Under the pieces are notes generated by a model that saw nothing but the letters and a program-made list of their open reading frames with translations, did not search any database and was not told the DNA's origin. Position numbers and translations under genes: made by a program. Positions 13,301 through 27,406 of a stretch of DNA of 64,000 nucleotides are shown here, in pieces. Every line of letters begins with the position of its first letter. The first letter of the stretch is position 1. Origin of the DNA: Mesotaenium endlicherianum (lineage: Eukaryota); contig WELA01002985.1 of the NCBI GenBank assembly GCA_009602735.1, positions 6,128 to 70,127 of the forward strand, given 5' to 3'.

Positions 13301-13804
13301 TGTGACAGTTAGTGACAGTTGTGACAGGCAGCCCACCTTTAAAATTAAGTTGGAGGGAGTGGTATTCTCTGATGACCATATTACAGAATGGCGGTGGATT
13401 TGGTTAACCGAGGTCCTACCAATGGGGTTAATTCTCGGGTAGGCGGTGCCATCGCACTGGCCGTTGAATAGTAAACTCATTCCATGTACATACGCTAGGC
13501 ATTGCTCTCGAGTTCGGCATTCGGAAGCGAGGCCAACTCTCTTGTACAGCTTACTGAGAGAGATCTGAATCCAAGGCGAGAAGCCATTGATATGCACTGT
13601 CTTCTAACCTTGCTTATGTATGAGTTTACTATCTTGCGTTATTGATGCTAGTTTACTCGCATTTGACTTACGAGTATTATTCACTGCTAGTGTGTTGTCC
13701 TTTGCCGTTTAACCAATTAACGGAAAAATACCATAAAGATTACTCGCTGATATAAAGATCTTTATTAATTGTTAATTGACTATTTGGTAAGTCGATTCAT
13801 TTCA
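13301..13804 (+). repeat. 3' LTR of element 1
   Basis: TG start after the PPT, CA end, and homology to the 5' LTR over the last ~417 bp. Confidence 0.9.
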
Positions 13805-14532
13805 TGCAATCTCTTTTGCAAGGCAAGTATCTGCTTAGCATATAGCTCAACAGTCAAGCTTGCCTTCTCTTGCACTAATACAGTCTCTTCTCTACCTCTA
13901 GCAATCTCTGCTTTTGCTCTTCTATGTCGCGCTTGCAATCTCCTATCAGGTTCAAGCGTTGACAACAGCAACCTGAGATTTCTCCGTCTTTGAGTGATAA
14001 AAGAGGTCAGGGGCCAGCCCTTGCAACACGACAAGGACAAAGGAAGGATGAAAGAGGGCACAGATAGGAAACTAGAAATGGGGACTTGGGTATTTATTTC
14101 GTCTCCCCTTGTCTTCTGGTCAAAGGGCAAACAAGCTCATTGACCAGGTACCCCACCAATGTGATGCATTTTTCTCAGCATTGAGATTATTTTTTCACAA
14201 AGCCTATTCTCTTTTGAGGCCGTAGCACAAGCACGATGTCTGGAGCCTGAGGGTACTCATGATGACAAATTTGTCCGAGACTCTAAGGCACTGTTCCTCT
14301 GTCCTGTACTTCTAACTTGAACTTGTGGCAAATTCAAGAATTTATAGCGAAATGGCTTACTGAATAGTGGGTGTGTGAATGTAATTAAGACAATTAGCAA
14401 CAAATGAGCAGGCAATGTTTGAACCGCTTCTTCTTGAGTGCATCATACAAAATCACTAGTCATGCATGTATAATCGGACACTTCAATAGTGACTGACATT
14501 TAAGGATTTCATGAAGGTGTACTAACATCTTG

Positions 14533-15269
14533 TGTAAGGTTATAGGTTTATAAAGTGTATTTTTGAGTTTAATGAAAGTATGTTTTGATTGTATAGTAGT
14601 GCGGATTGTATTTTTGTCATTATTTTGATATAAAGTTCATCAAATTTGGTTAAGTATTGAGAGAATTATGGATTTCCGAAGTTTAATTAGTTCTGAGGTC
14701 GGTTGACGACTGTTCTTAATTTGCGGTGAGCGTGACCGTCGGATTGACTGACAGCGTCAAGCGATCTGGCCCGTTAGAGTGAACTCGAACCTTCACGTAA
14801 GTTCGGCTGACGCGAAGTTCCGGCTAGGTCGATTTACCTAGAAGTTTCGGTTTAGCCTAGCGAGTCTAAGATAGAACATTCTAGTAATGTCAATCCATGT
14901 ATGTGGACGTCAATTCGGCCCGACACGTCAGATGAGACTGATCTGGCTTACTCACGAATATTCTGGAAGGGACGATTTGACGAACACTTGGGAAAATCCG
15001 TAGCTAGAGAGGAGCACTTAGGCAAGAAATTATAAATAGGCATAACTTCTTTGTTTCTTTTCAGTTTTCACTTTTGTAAATTTCTACGAGTTTGTAATGA
15101 CAAGGCCTTCTATCCCACATCATTTTTGAGCAGTTTCTTGCTACTCAAAATGTTGAGTAATTTTCCTAAGCTTTCTTAGTGGAACGTCGCTGCACTCTTT
15201 AGTATGATTGCAACTGATTTTTTTCCTTCTGAGTTACTACGCTTCCACTAGGGCACTCTGCCCCTTTCA
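14533..15269 (+). repeat. 5' LTR of element 2
   Basis: Direct repeat of 19995-20737. Confidence 0.95.
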
Positions 15270-15306
15270 TCTAGTATCAAAGCAGGGCTAGTTTGCATAT
15301 CATATT

Positions 15307-16336
15307 ATGGAGTCGCAGCCGGCAGCTGGAGGAGGCGAACATGTCGAGCATGTTGAGCGCGTGGGGCAGCAGGCAGCACCAACAATGACCAGAGAGCAAC
15401 AAGAGATGCAGACGATGCTAAGGCAGATGGCGAATGCAATTGGAGGAGAAATCTACGACCAATTTCAACAAAATATGCGCCAGGAGGTGGAAAGAATGGT
15501 GCGAGCTGTGGTTAGAAACGCCGCTTTGACGAGTTCGGCACCTGCACCTGTTGTACCACCAATCCATGTTCAACCAGTGGTGCAACCAGTTACTCCACCC
15601 GCATCGAAAGTGCGTGCGCATAAGCCTGAAGTGTATACTGGAGAGCGTGGATCGCCGCCTGTTCATCAATGGATTTTTGGAGTGAAGAAGTTATGGAGTA
15701 TTGTGCGCTCACGCCCGACAAGCAAGTCGCCTTCGTGATTACTTTACTGAAGAAGAGTGCTGGAGCTTGGTATGAACGCAAAGAGCAGCTGTTTGGAGTT
15801 CCTGCTACTGTTGATCAGCTATTTAAAGGCTTGAAGAGGCAATTTTAACCTATTACACCCGAGGCTACAGCTCGAGATCTATTGGTGCAGCTTCATCAAC
15901 GAGCAAGCGTTCAGGAGTAAGTATCGCGCTTCAACGAGCTGGTGCTTCAGTGTCCATCCATGCACGAGTCGAGATGATGGACAAGTTTAAGAGGGGACTC
16001 AAGCCAACTGTGGCCAAGGAAGTGGCGCTCAAGGACCCTACCAGTCTTGGAGAAATGATGGCATTGGCAACAAGGGTCGACGCTGTGGAGTATAGTCAGA
16101 GGCAGTGGGGCAGCCAAAACTTTGGAGGATATTGACACTTTGGATCTCAAGCGCCAAGCACGAGTGTTCAAGGTTCAGTACCCATGGAGTTGGGACTTGT
16201 GCAGTACCAGCGCAGGCAGCATAATTTCAAGCCGAGAGGACCCTGCTATAATTGTGGCAAGCTTGGGCACCTGGCTCGAGACTGTCGTATGAAGGCGAAG
16301 CAACCTCAACAGCAGGAAAAAGAACGACGCCAGTAA
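15307..16336 (+). pseudogene. gag: Gag of element 2 (multiple frameshifts and stops)
   Basis: KPEVYTGER, KFKRGLKPTVAKEV, VPMELG and the CCHC knuckle CYNCGKLGHLARDC, in shifting frames. Confidence 0.85.
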
Positions 16337-19300
16337 GTCGTTCTGGGGTGTCTACTGGCGTGAAGACGAGAACTCACAAGGAGGTTTTCCCCAGGAGCCT
16401 GCCAAGAAGCAAAGGACAAGACGTTGACAAGCCTATCATCGTGGAAGGAATAATCGACGGCAACAAGGCGAAGTGTATGGTCGACAGTGGCGCAAGTGCA
16501 AACTTTGTGCACAAGAAGCTGGTGAAAGAGTGGCAAATCCCTGTGCATAAGCATTATGAGGCAATTTTGGCGAATGGGCAGAGACTCAAGTGTGGTGCAC
16601 CTACGGAAGCTATTCATGTGGAAGTAGCGGGGCACCGGAGGAAGGAAGTTATGGAGCAGGCAGAGTTAGGTCACCATGACGTGATATTGACCGACCATGG
16701 CTGAGGAAAGCCAACCCCCAAGTGCACTGGAGCACAGGACAAGTGAAAGTCCAAGGGCGTGATGGTCGAATGGAGACAGCAAAACAGGTGGAGGTAGATA
16801 CGACCACAAGTAATTGTCTTCTTTCGAGCCTGCAAGTTAAGAAGCTATGCAGGGCAAATCAGGTGAAGAAGGTGTACCTTGTTTTGGTGGCCCTCACCAG
16901 GTCATCAAATGAAGCAAGCATGAATCCTAACAGCATTGGCGAATGTTCATCGCCGGAGGAGCAAGTAGTGGTGTCTGATCCCCTTGCTCAGAAGGAGCAG
17001 AGCCCAACCGCTCAAGAGAAGAAGCCTGCTGAGATGCCTGCCCAAAATAAGGCGCTGTTGGAGGATTTCAAGTGCGTATTTTCTGAGGAGCTACCTGCAA
17101 GACAACCTCCACAAAGAGCTATGGAGCACAGTATCGAGTTGGAACCAGGGAGCAAGCCACCAGTGAGACCCGCCTATCGACAATCGTTTGCGGAGTTGGA
17201 TGAGTTGAAGAAGCAGCTGACAGAGTTATTGGAGAAGGGATTCATCCGACCCAGCGAGTCTCCATTTGCAGCGTCAGTCTTATTTGTAAAGAAGAAGGAT
17301 GGGACTATGAGGATGTGTGTCGACTACCGAGCGCTGAACAAGATCACCATCAAGAACAGGTACCCGCTTCCACGAGTGGACGAGTTAATTGACAGGCTTG
17401 TCGGGGCGAAGTATTTTTCGAAGATTGATTTGAGGAGTGGCTATCACCAGGTACAGATTGAGGAAGGAGACGTTCAAAAGACTGCTTTCAGGTTTTTGCC
17501 CTTTGGGCAGGGTGGCATAGGGCCGCGGGGGTGGGAGGAGCTTGCAATGCAAAGTTGCAAATTTTTTTGAGTTGGCTCGCTATGGCTTATTTGAGTTGAC
17601 AGTCATGCCTTTTGGTCTGACTAATGCACCTGCTACATTCACGGGACTCATGAATAGTATCTACAGACCCTACTTGGACCAGTTGGTGGTGGTATTTTTG
17701 GACAACATCCTGATCTATTCGAAGACCTTGGAAGAGCACGTGGAGCATCTGGGAAGGATTTGGAGGTCTTGAGAGATCAGAAGTTATATGGGAAGATGAG
17801 CAAGTGCGAATTCTGTCTCAAAGAAGTCGAGTTTCTTGGACATATAGTGGGAGCTGAAGGAGTCAAGATGCAGCAGAAGAAGGTGCAAGCAGTCAGAGAT
17901 TGGCCGAAACCTGCTGATATTCATCAACTCAAGAGCTTCCTCGGCATGGCGAGTTATTATTGACATTTCATTAAAGGATTTGCCAAGGTGTGTGCACCGC
18001 TCACGGACATGTTGAAGAAGCAGGAGAAGTGGCTATGGGGTGACAAGGAGCAGCAAGCCTTTGAGAAGATTAAGGAGCTCTTGACACAGGCACTTGTGCT
18101 GGCAATTGCAAGTCCAGAGCTTTCTTTCGCCATCATCACAGATGCATCAAATTCGCAGTCGGAGCCATTTTTCTCCAGGACCAGGGCAAAGGATTGCAGC
18201 CTGTGACATATGAGATCAGGAAATCGAGTCCTGCGGAGCAGAACTATGCAGCACACGAGCGGGAGATGTTGGTTATTATCCAGGCTTTGAGGATGTGGCG
18301 ATGTTATGTGGACGGCCGGAAGGTGTTCATAAAGACCGACCACAAGAACTCGGAGAAGTTTATGACGCAGCCAACATTGACACCAAGACAGGCAAGGTGG
18401 ATGGAGCTTCTGCAAACGTTTGACCCCAAGATTGAGTACTTACCTGGGAAGATCAACCCTGCAGAAGCTTTATCCAGGAGGTGCAACCTTGCAGCTATCT
18501 CAGTCATCAAGGAGAGTATGGACTTCAAGGAGAAGCTTAAGAGAGGTTATGAGGACGATCCAGAGTATGCTGATGGTGGAGCAGCTGAGTTCAACTCGAG
18601 TATGCAGAAGAAGGACGACATATGGTATTATGGTGATTCCAGAAGAGTGGTGGTACCTGACATCAAGGAGCTATGAGACTTACTACTTGCGGAGCATCAT
18701 GATTGCTTATATGCTGGACACTTTGGAAGCGAGAAGACGGCAAGCGTGCTGAAGCGGGAGTACTATTGGAGAAATATGGACAAGGACATCGAGGAGTGGA
18801 TCAGGAGTTGCGATGCGTGCCAGAGAAACAAGACACCAAATCAAAAGAAGGAAGGTATATTGCAGCCCCTGCCTATTCCAGAGTATCCTTGGGAGCAGAT
18901 TGCTATGGACTTCATCATATCCTTACCAGTGAGTGGTCAAGGACACGATGCAGTATGGGTTATGTCTGATAGACTCAGCAAGATGGCTCACTTAATTCTC
19001 ATGAAGGAGACTTGTACGGCAGCAGATGTGGCACGGCTATTCTTTGATCATATTTTCAGGCTACATGGGTTGCCGAAGGTGATTGTTTCAGATCGGGATC
19101 CGCGGTTTACTAGCAATTTTTGGCGGTCATTGTTTACTTTGATGGGGACCAAGCTGAGTATGAGCACTTCCTATCACCATCAAACAGACGGGTAGAGTGA
19201 GAGGCTCAACAGAACTCTGCAAGAGGTGCTCAGGAGTTTCAATATGGAGGACCCTTCAGAGTGGGACAATAAGCTGCCAGGGCTGGAGTTTGCCTACAAC

Positions 19301-20007
19301 AACAGCATGCAGGGATGCAGTCACCATTCGCTATGGTTTATGAGAAAGAAGTATATCATCCTGGGAACATCTTGTTGGAGAAGGCCAAGGAGACTCAGGT
19401 TCCTACTACAAAAGCGTTTATGGAGCAGAATCAGCAGATGGCCAAGACTTGGGATATGGCAAAGACTTGTATTCGGAAGGCAAAGGAGGAATAGGTCAAG
19501 TATACCAACAAGCACAGGAGGGAAGTGCCATACCATGTGGGTGACAAAGTACTCTTGTCAACAGAAAATCTACCTTTCACAGGCAAGAGGAAACTGCGGG
19601 CACGGTTTACAGGTCCCTTTCTGGTGCTCAAGCAGGTTAATCCAGTGACCTACAAGTTGGAACTTCCTTCAAGCTGGCGTATCCATGATGTGTTCCATGT
19701 CAGTTGTTTGCGGCCATAGGTTGACCCAAATGAAGGACAATCAGGACAATTACCTACACCGCCACCACCGGTCGAGATTGATGATGTATTGGAGTATGAA
19801 GTGGAGGCGATTGTCGATGATCGACGATTCAAGCGAGGTCAACGACTTGTTCAAGAGTATCTGGTCAAGTGGAAGGGCTACCATGCGGACGACAATACTT
19901 GGGAGCCAGAATCCAACTTGACTCATAGTAAGAGTAAGTTGAGGCGTTATTTGCAGAACGCGTCGAGGACGTCGCATTTTGAGGAGGGGGATGATGTAAG
20001 GTCATAG
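16337..20007 (+). pseudogene. pol: Pol of element 2 (PR, RT, RH, INT, chromodomain), fragmented
   Basis: [20 protein letters not shown]...[21 protein letters not shown] and [25 protein letters not shown]...YLVKWKGY. Many stops and frameshifts. Confidence 0.95.
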
Positions 20008-20737
20008 GTTTATAAAGTGCGTTTTTGAGTTTCATGAAAGTATGTTTTGATTTTATAGCAGTGTAGACTGCATTTTTGTCATCATTTTAATATAAAGTTC
20101 ATCGAATTTGGTTAAGTATTGAGAGAGTTATAAATTTTCAAAGTTTTATTAGTTTTAAGGTCAATTGACGACTGTCCTTAATTCGCGGTGAGCGCGACCG
20201 TCGGATTGACCGACAGCGTCGAGCGACATGGCCCGTTAGAGTGAACTCGAACCTTCACGTAAGTTCGGCTGACGCGGAGTGCCGACTAGGTCGATTTACC
20301 TAGAAGTTTCGGTTAAGCCTAGCGCGTCTAAGATAGAACATTCTAGTAATGTCGATGCATGTATGTGTACGTCAATTCGGCCCGACACGTCAGATGAGAC
20401 TGATCTGGCCTACTCACGAATATTCTGGAAGGGACGATTTGACGAACACTTTAGGAGATTTTGTAGCTTCCTTCTAGAGAGGAGCACTTCCGCAGAACAC
20501 TATAAATAGGCATAATTTCTTTGTTTCTTATCAGTTTTCACTTTTGTAAATTTTTACGAGTTTGTAATGACAAGGTCTTCCATCTCACATCAATTGTGTG
20601 CAGTTTCTTGCTATTCAAATTGTTGAGTAATTTTCCTAAGCTTTCTTAGTGGAACGCCGCTGCACTCTTTAGTATGAGTGCAACTAGTTCCTTTCCTCGT
20701 GAGTTACTACGCTTCCACTAGGGCACTCTGCCCTTCA
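19995..20737 (+). repeat. 3' LTR of element 2
   Basis: Follows the PPT and is followed by the TSD. Confidence 0.95.
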
Positions 20738-21349
20738 TCTTGCTTCTACCCAAAATGGGCTTGATTTGAAGATGACAATCACCAAGGAGCCATTTCTTAC
20801 TTGGTTCACAAAATTGCACGAGCATTCACATTGCCCAGGGTTAATGTAGGCTGGAATGGCCTTGCTGTAAAAATGATCAAGGTCATGGGAACGACTATGA
20901 TCATTTGTGAAGCTCAAACATTACCAGTGACACTGCAGTTGTCTGCTTGCAAGGTGTCGAGCATTTTCACTATTGTACACACGAAACATATCAGCTTCAA
21001 AGTTTGAATGAACCCCTTCGTGGGGTTTGAGGTTTCTAAATGACTACTCATGGTTTACAACTTGATTGCCATAGGACTTATTAGAAGTAAAGGCAATTGA
21101 ATGTTATAGGTGGTAAAAGGATTGCAGAGTAAGATGTTCAAAGTAATGTGATGTGCCAAGTACAATTTGTAAATTGTGTAGTTGTAGTTATTGATCCATG
21201 AACACTAACAATATAGGTCGTCTGATTGCGACGCGTTTTTGCACAAATTTCAATCGTCCTCAAAAACTAAAACATTCTGGGTGACAACTGTTATAGATTT
21301 AAAATTGCAAACAACATCCTTTGCACGGGACATTAAGTGAAAATTATTA

Positions 21350-22530
21350 CAATTTGTATTCAAGTTGCGTGATTTCGAAAAAAAAGAAGGTGATAATAGA
21401 AAGAACAATATGAATAGCAATATGCTACAATGCGCGTAATCCCTTCATGTCTAATCCTCTCTAAGTCTAGCTATTATTTGCTATTATATGCTATTTGCTA
21501 ATATATGATGGCGTTTAACATCTGCTTGACTATGTTACACCTCTGTTCAATATTCTACAAAGAAAATGCTGGAGTAGCAACTGCGCCAGCTGTTGTACAA
21601 TTGTACAAGGATGTGATTTTTTGCAAAAGCTAATATGATGCCATTGCCTTGTTGGAGTTAATCGCCGGATCTTCTCTGCAGGCTATTTCCAATTGACAAC
21701 GAAGTACCAAACAATAGAAAATACGATTATTCGCACGGCTGTTACTGGTGGCTGTTAAAAGTATTGAGGCTCGTGCCTAAATCCCTTGCAACTCCAAGTG
21801 TGGGGGTTATCGGGGTGCATGAGTGGGTAAGTATAGCAGTTTGACGATTTGTGTTCAGATTGCCCGATTTTGAAGGAAAGAAGGTGATTATAGAAAAAAT
21901 AGTAGAGGTAGTACTAAAGTACAATTGCGCGTCATTTGTTCTTGTCTAATCTTTACATGTTGCCTGACTTAGTTAAGACAACTATATCTAATTTCCTAAA
22001 AGACGTTCGATTAGCAAATGCACCCATCGTTGTGCAATCGTACGAGGATGAGACTTCTACAATAAAAACTGGTGCTCTTGCTGTGTTGCGGTTAGCCGTC
22101 AGATATTCACCGCAGGTTACTGCCAATAGACGTTAACTCACCAAACAACAACCAAACAACACTATCGTGCATGGCTGTGACTAGTGCTGGCACAAACTTC
22201 GGCACCTCCCAGTAGAGGGGGGTTAGAGGGGTGGATGGGTGGGTACTGTAGCAGCTACTCTCTGCTGCAATAAAGGTTGTTTTGCGAAAAGAGGCCTTTA
22301 CGAAGATTATGTTTGTCGATCAAACACGGCACGTGTGAAATCAACCAATTTGACCACTTGTCAAACCTCGGTTTGCGACATAAATCTTCAACTTACGTCC
22401 TGCTGCAATGAATGCTGCATGGCAGGAGGAAGCTTTAGAAGGTTTAGGTGTGTCGAGCAAGAACGACAAACGCATTTGAAAATTGACCATTTTCACACTT
22501 GTCAGACTTCGATTTGCAACAAATCAAAGT
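21350..22530. repeat. Diverged tandem copies of a ~550-bp repeat (units ~21350-21840 and 21841-22391, plus a partial copy ~22440-22530)
   Basis: 21841-22391 is collinear with 48214-48775 (TTGAC.ATTTGTGTTCA.ATTGCC...GGTTAGAGGGGTGG.TGGGTGGGTA...GGTTTGCGACAT). Confidence 0.8.
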
Positions 22531-25500
22531 TGAAAACTTATAAATCACATTGTCGTTCAAATTTGGGCTTTTGAAAATGGACATTCCTTTCTGCCTTTCC
22601 TTTAGCCGCTTGCCATCTAATTTTGCGTTCACTGTTGTTATTTCCTCCATCTCTTTTGCCTCCACACCCATTTATGAGAATTAAATACCACATTTTATCT
22701 TTTTTTCAACCTGCAAGTTTGCAGTCATTAGTATTCCTGGGCACTTCCCCTCCATTTCCCGAGCAATTGTCCATGATTGTGTGAAGTTTACAATACGTTT
22801 CAGATTGCGTTGGTAGATGTGTATCACGGTCATTCAATTTTTTTCTTTGTTTTTTTGGTGAAAGTTTTTAAATACCGACAACTTCCTCCCCCCAGGCACA
22901 CGACTTCTTGTTCCATGTTGAAAATTGATTTTGTGTCAATTTTGTGTTATAAACATGTCCTGTACATGGACACTAGCACCTACAATAATAAGTCATGAAC
23001 CATTTGTCTACTATTTAACATAACCTTACATCCAATCATGAAATGATATAGTTGTCCAAAACAAATTAGAAAACTTATGCTTAAGTGTAAGGGACTTTTG
23101 ACTTGCAATATGGTACACTTTGTCTAAGACTTTGTACGACAGATTCGCCTGGAGCATGTATGGGCCAATTTAGAATGGCCAAGCGCATAAATTGGACACA
23201 GTCGTCCTCGCAATCACGTTTTTTGCAATCAAACTTTCAAAAGTGCAATTTAGCTTCACAATCTGCAGCTAAACCTCACGAACTGCAGTTGCAACAGCCA
23301 TATTAAAAATGCGAGTAGATTCCACCGTTGTGGCAAGTGTCAAATTGCTCGGGACATACCCTTGTCATTCTAAAAACCTTAATCCTCGGCGGTCAGTCAC
23401 TCGCCAAAAATAGTTAAAGTCAAACCTGTCAGTGGTAAAGATACAAAAGATCGTATTGGACACTGGGGTTTGCTTTGACAATACGTTCCCTCACATATTC
23501 TTTGGATATTCGAATCTCGATCCATAATTGTCATTATTTTGACCTCATTTTTGGTCATTTTGCATCTCCTACCACTTCACGAGAATGTAATTGACCTATC
23601 CTTTTTCCACTTGAGAAATTGTTTGTAGTTGAACTCCAAAGTACGCGCTGTCTGAAAAGTGGAAACTACTACTATAACATCCGTAAACTGGAGTTGTTCC
23701 ATGATGTACTTGCAAGTACAACTCCACACACAAAAGTATAGTCCATTTTTTTGCCTATCGTAAATCAACCTAAGTGCTGAAGCGATTGAACCTTATTACA
23801 ACTGACTGTGACAAATCAATTATGATAGTCAGAAGTTAAGAGGCTCTAGCTCTTTAAGCTTTTTGACGTTGTTTCCAGCATATTTTTGCCACTTCAGGAA
23901 ACTTCCAACAATTGCAATGGTATTTCCACGTCTGTAGTCAAATATAGTCCACATCCATCCAAATGTATGGCAAAGATGGGCTTGACGATAAATAAACTCC
24001 GCAGGTATCTTCAGTATTCTTCAAATTTGATTATTATGTCTAGGTCCAGTCGCGCATCTCCTTTCGTGAATGTGTAGCTCCTTGCATACTATAAATTTTT
24101 TTGTGTCCCAGTGAGCTTGCATATGTATGAAGCAAGAAGAGTCGTGAAGGTTTGATTGCATATGGATAGGCGCGATTGGCTCAAGAAGCTACAACAGGTA
24201 TCATCCTTATAATTCCGGCACTTCTTTTTGTGTGTAGCTTTGATGTCCTTGTTGTATGACCATTGTAGCTTCGTAAAGAAGCATTACCACACCATTTCAA
24301 TGATGGGGGTGAAATTTTAAAACCAACTCAACAAATGTGCGTTCTTTGCTTCATCATGTTCCTAAATCATCTCCTCTGTGTAGTGAGATCTCGTAAACAT
24401 TCTACAAGCAAGATGGCTACCAATGAACTCAATCAAATTGCTTCCACATGAAGGCCTGGTGTTGGTAGACGGATAGTAGCCAAGAGATAGAAATCTAGAA
24501 ATTAATCTTTACTCACAAGCTCCTTATTTGCATGAATAGCACAAACATATGAACCATCTATGTGCAAATCAAAATGTATTTATAACCGGTTAATCCTTGC
24601 TTGTGCTCAATTAATAACACAAGCCGGTTAACGATCAATGATTACGTTGTACGGCCAACACAAAATATAGTTGACCACATATGTCGCATTAAAAGCCGAT
24701 TATTCTAATCTTTTGGCGCCTTAATTCTTGAAAGATCGTTGCACAACTTATTGTCAGCAGTAGCCTACATAGAATGTTCATATGGTGTGAACAATCAATA
24801 AGACTTGGATTTTGGCGTGTTGATCAACAATTTTGACGAGAAAATTTAGTATTTTGGATAAAGGTCCAACAATTAGCACCAGTTAGTACCCCATGATAAG
24901 AAGTGAGCAGGAGGGCTTCATGATTTGAGCTCCTTGACCTCTAGGAGCTTCCTAAAGACTAGTGTTTTCATCAGCTGTTTCATCAATAGAATAGCCTTAC
25001 TACGAGCATGATAAGCGTCCTTAACGCGACAATAGCCAAAATTTATATGCTCTCACAATCCGTCGCAAAAACTTTGATTTGTAAGTCTTGGATTGTGCTT
25101 GATAAAAACTGTAGCTCTTGGAAGCTAGTCTTTATTTAGTTTGTGTTTGTGTTACGAGGTGGGGTTTCTCTCAAACATCATATTAATAGTTCTTTATTTC
25201 AAGCATTTACGAAAATTCAACATTATACATTAACTTTTGGAATCACAATGAAATGCTTATTTTTGAGCTGTTTGATCACTTTCTTTTCTAAGTGTATGAA
25301 CCAAGCTAATACTTCAACTCGAGATCACTGAGAGGCTTTTGGAGAAATGATGTTGACACTTACACAATCAACTCGAGGCAACAGGTAAATCCATTCTTAA
25401 TTCCTCTAAGTGTAGGTTTGCTGTACGAGCTTTATGATAGCTGAAGTATTGTGTTGAATCATTAAAATTACAACGTCACTTTTATGTTGCCAGCTCAATT

Positions 25501-27120
25501 TATGTGGTGCCCTAAGTACCTCTTCCTTTTACTACATTATCTCCTGTGTGTAGCACACCGTTGGTGTGGGAACTTTATGCTTTAAGTAATAATTCTTAAC
25601 CAGGATGGCTATCGATGAACTAAATCGATATGCTTCCACCCGAAGACCCAGTGTTTGCCGGCGAACATCAGTCAAAAGATCTTGTATGTGGTGTTAAATT
25701 GTTTTTCCTTCAATGTTTCAATTGTAGGTTTTTTTTGTGATTGCTTGGAAGAATGTCTGAATTACTGAATTCAATTGACAGGATGGCTCTTATTGCACAT
25801 CGTATTAAAGTTCATATTTGGATGACTAAGCATGTATAAAAACAATCACGAGGTTGTTACTTGTCAATTTTGGAACTATCCAGTTGTCCTATAGCTCTAT
25901 TGCAAGGAGGACAAAGGGAACTAGTGGTTCTTGACATGATGTGATGGTGTATCTCTTCCAAGCTCAAACTGAAATGGTCATTTATGTATATATAAAATTG
26001 AAATTGCTACATGATCAATATTGGATTCTCTTTTGTGTGAACGGAGACATCACTAACAACACTGAGGGAAGAAGCTTGGTGGACCTCAATGCAATCCTAG
26101 ATCAAAATGCGCTGTTGCTTGGCAAAGCTGCCAACCCACCTAGTACTTCTTTGAGGCAGGACCTATTCCAGCGAAAAGGAAAGGGACTTAATCATATCAA
26201 GAGCATTTTCAAAATTGTGTCGAACACATGTGCACCTCGTGAGACCTTGCTGTTGATTGTCATGGAATCCTCATAGGTACGCTAGAGTGTCATCCACGTT
26301 CTTGAGCTCATTTGGCCTGCCAAGGGAGTGAGGCTTGCATTAAGGTTTACTTCTTGTTCGTCACGACATGACTTTGTGACGGTGGTGCTGCGACTTTTTC
26401 CTAAGCTTCCCAAGAACCATGCTAACACATGATCACTTTGTACCTTGCAATATTTTTTACCGTAAGGAATGTCTCATACAAAAGAGAGGTTTTCATTAAC
26501 TTAAATAAACCCTTCTTGCAAAATGACCTGATGCTTTGCAAATTAGTGCTGCTAGTCATTTGCATATGGCCTCCAATTAAAACCTTTTTGGTTGATACAA
26601 ATCTATCGCTACCACTTCTTAGAAATAAGGTCTCACACGTGAATGCAACCAGTCTTCTTTATGAAAATGGCTTTGCAATTTTATAAGATTGCATTTGAAA
26701 TTCGGACAATGGATGTAAGGTGTCGTGCTAAATAAGGTCGGGCACGTTCCAACTGTGAGTAATCCGAACAAAGAAAACTTTAGCGGACTTTGCTGCGATA
26801 ATGAAAGTGCGCAATAGACTATAGTAGTAAAAGGACAAAGCGAAAAGAGGTTTAAACATGTGATATTCTCATTAAAAAGTTTGTACTAATTACAGTGGGC
26901 AGTTCAAAATTGAAAACTAGAAAGAAGACAACTATTGAGGTCTAGCCCCAAAAGATCACTAATAGCACCATGTATGATCTTGTTAGAGTAGTCCTTGCAA
27001 GGGTAGTAAGCTTATGACTTTGCTCACCACAAGAGAAGTCTTCAAGTGACTAGGCCTGAACACGGTAGATTGTTCTTCACAAGAATACCAAGTGATCTTG
27101 AAGCACAAGAGAGATGAAAG

Positions 27121-27279
27121 TTGAAGGTTTGCGACATGAAATGTCGCAAACCAAAGTTTGACAAATGTTCAAATTTGATCGATTTCACACGTGTTGTGTC
27201 TCATCGACAAACGAAACCTCATAAGGCTTCTCGTTGCAAAGAAGCCTCATTGCAACAGGAAGGTAGTTGCTACACATAC
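27121..27279. repeat. 159-bp segment A of the ~550-bp repeat, inverted copy of 48616-48775, abutting the DIRS 5' end
   Basis: Reverse-complement match of roughly 90% by eye; the ORF track shows matching peptides at 27121(+) and 48520-48731(-). Confidence 0.9.
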
Positions 27280-27406
27280 AGGCGCGTAGACATTGCATGC
27301 CGAGACCTACTCAAACAATCTTATGTCAGGCATACAACATCGCTTGATAAAGTACCAAAGATCCGCGAACACTCGAGACGCGGACGTGTTTGCTCACTTA
27401 CGAGTG

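Larger units (their letters stand above)
7524..13804 (+). mobile_element. Ty3/gypsy chromovirus (element 1), disabled, 5' LTR truncated
   Basis: LTR homology 7524-7940 vs 13388-13804 (~92-93% by eye), PBS at 7942-7953, gag, PR-RT-RH-INT-chromodomain pol, PPT AAGTTGGAGGGGGA before 13301. No matching TSD. Confidence 0.95.
14533..20737 (+). mobile_element. Full-length Ty3/gypsy chromovirus (element 2), disabled, with TSD TCTTG
   Basis: LTRs 14533-15269 and 19995-20737 (TGTAAGG...CTTCA), 5-bp TSD TCTTG at 14528-14532 and 20738-20742, decayed PBS TAGTATCAAAGC at 15272-15283, PPT GAGGAGGGGGATGA. Confidence 0.97.

Noticed and set aside
13780..14130. Coiled-coil-like minus-strand ORF truncated by the element 1 LTR
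   Set aside because: No recognisable family or clean exon chain. It may be a gene relic but I cannot support a call.
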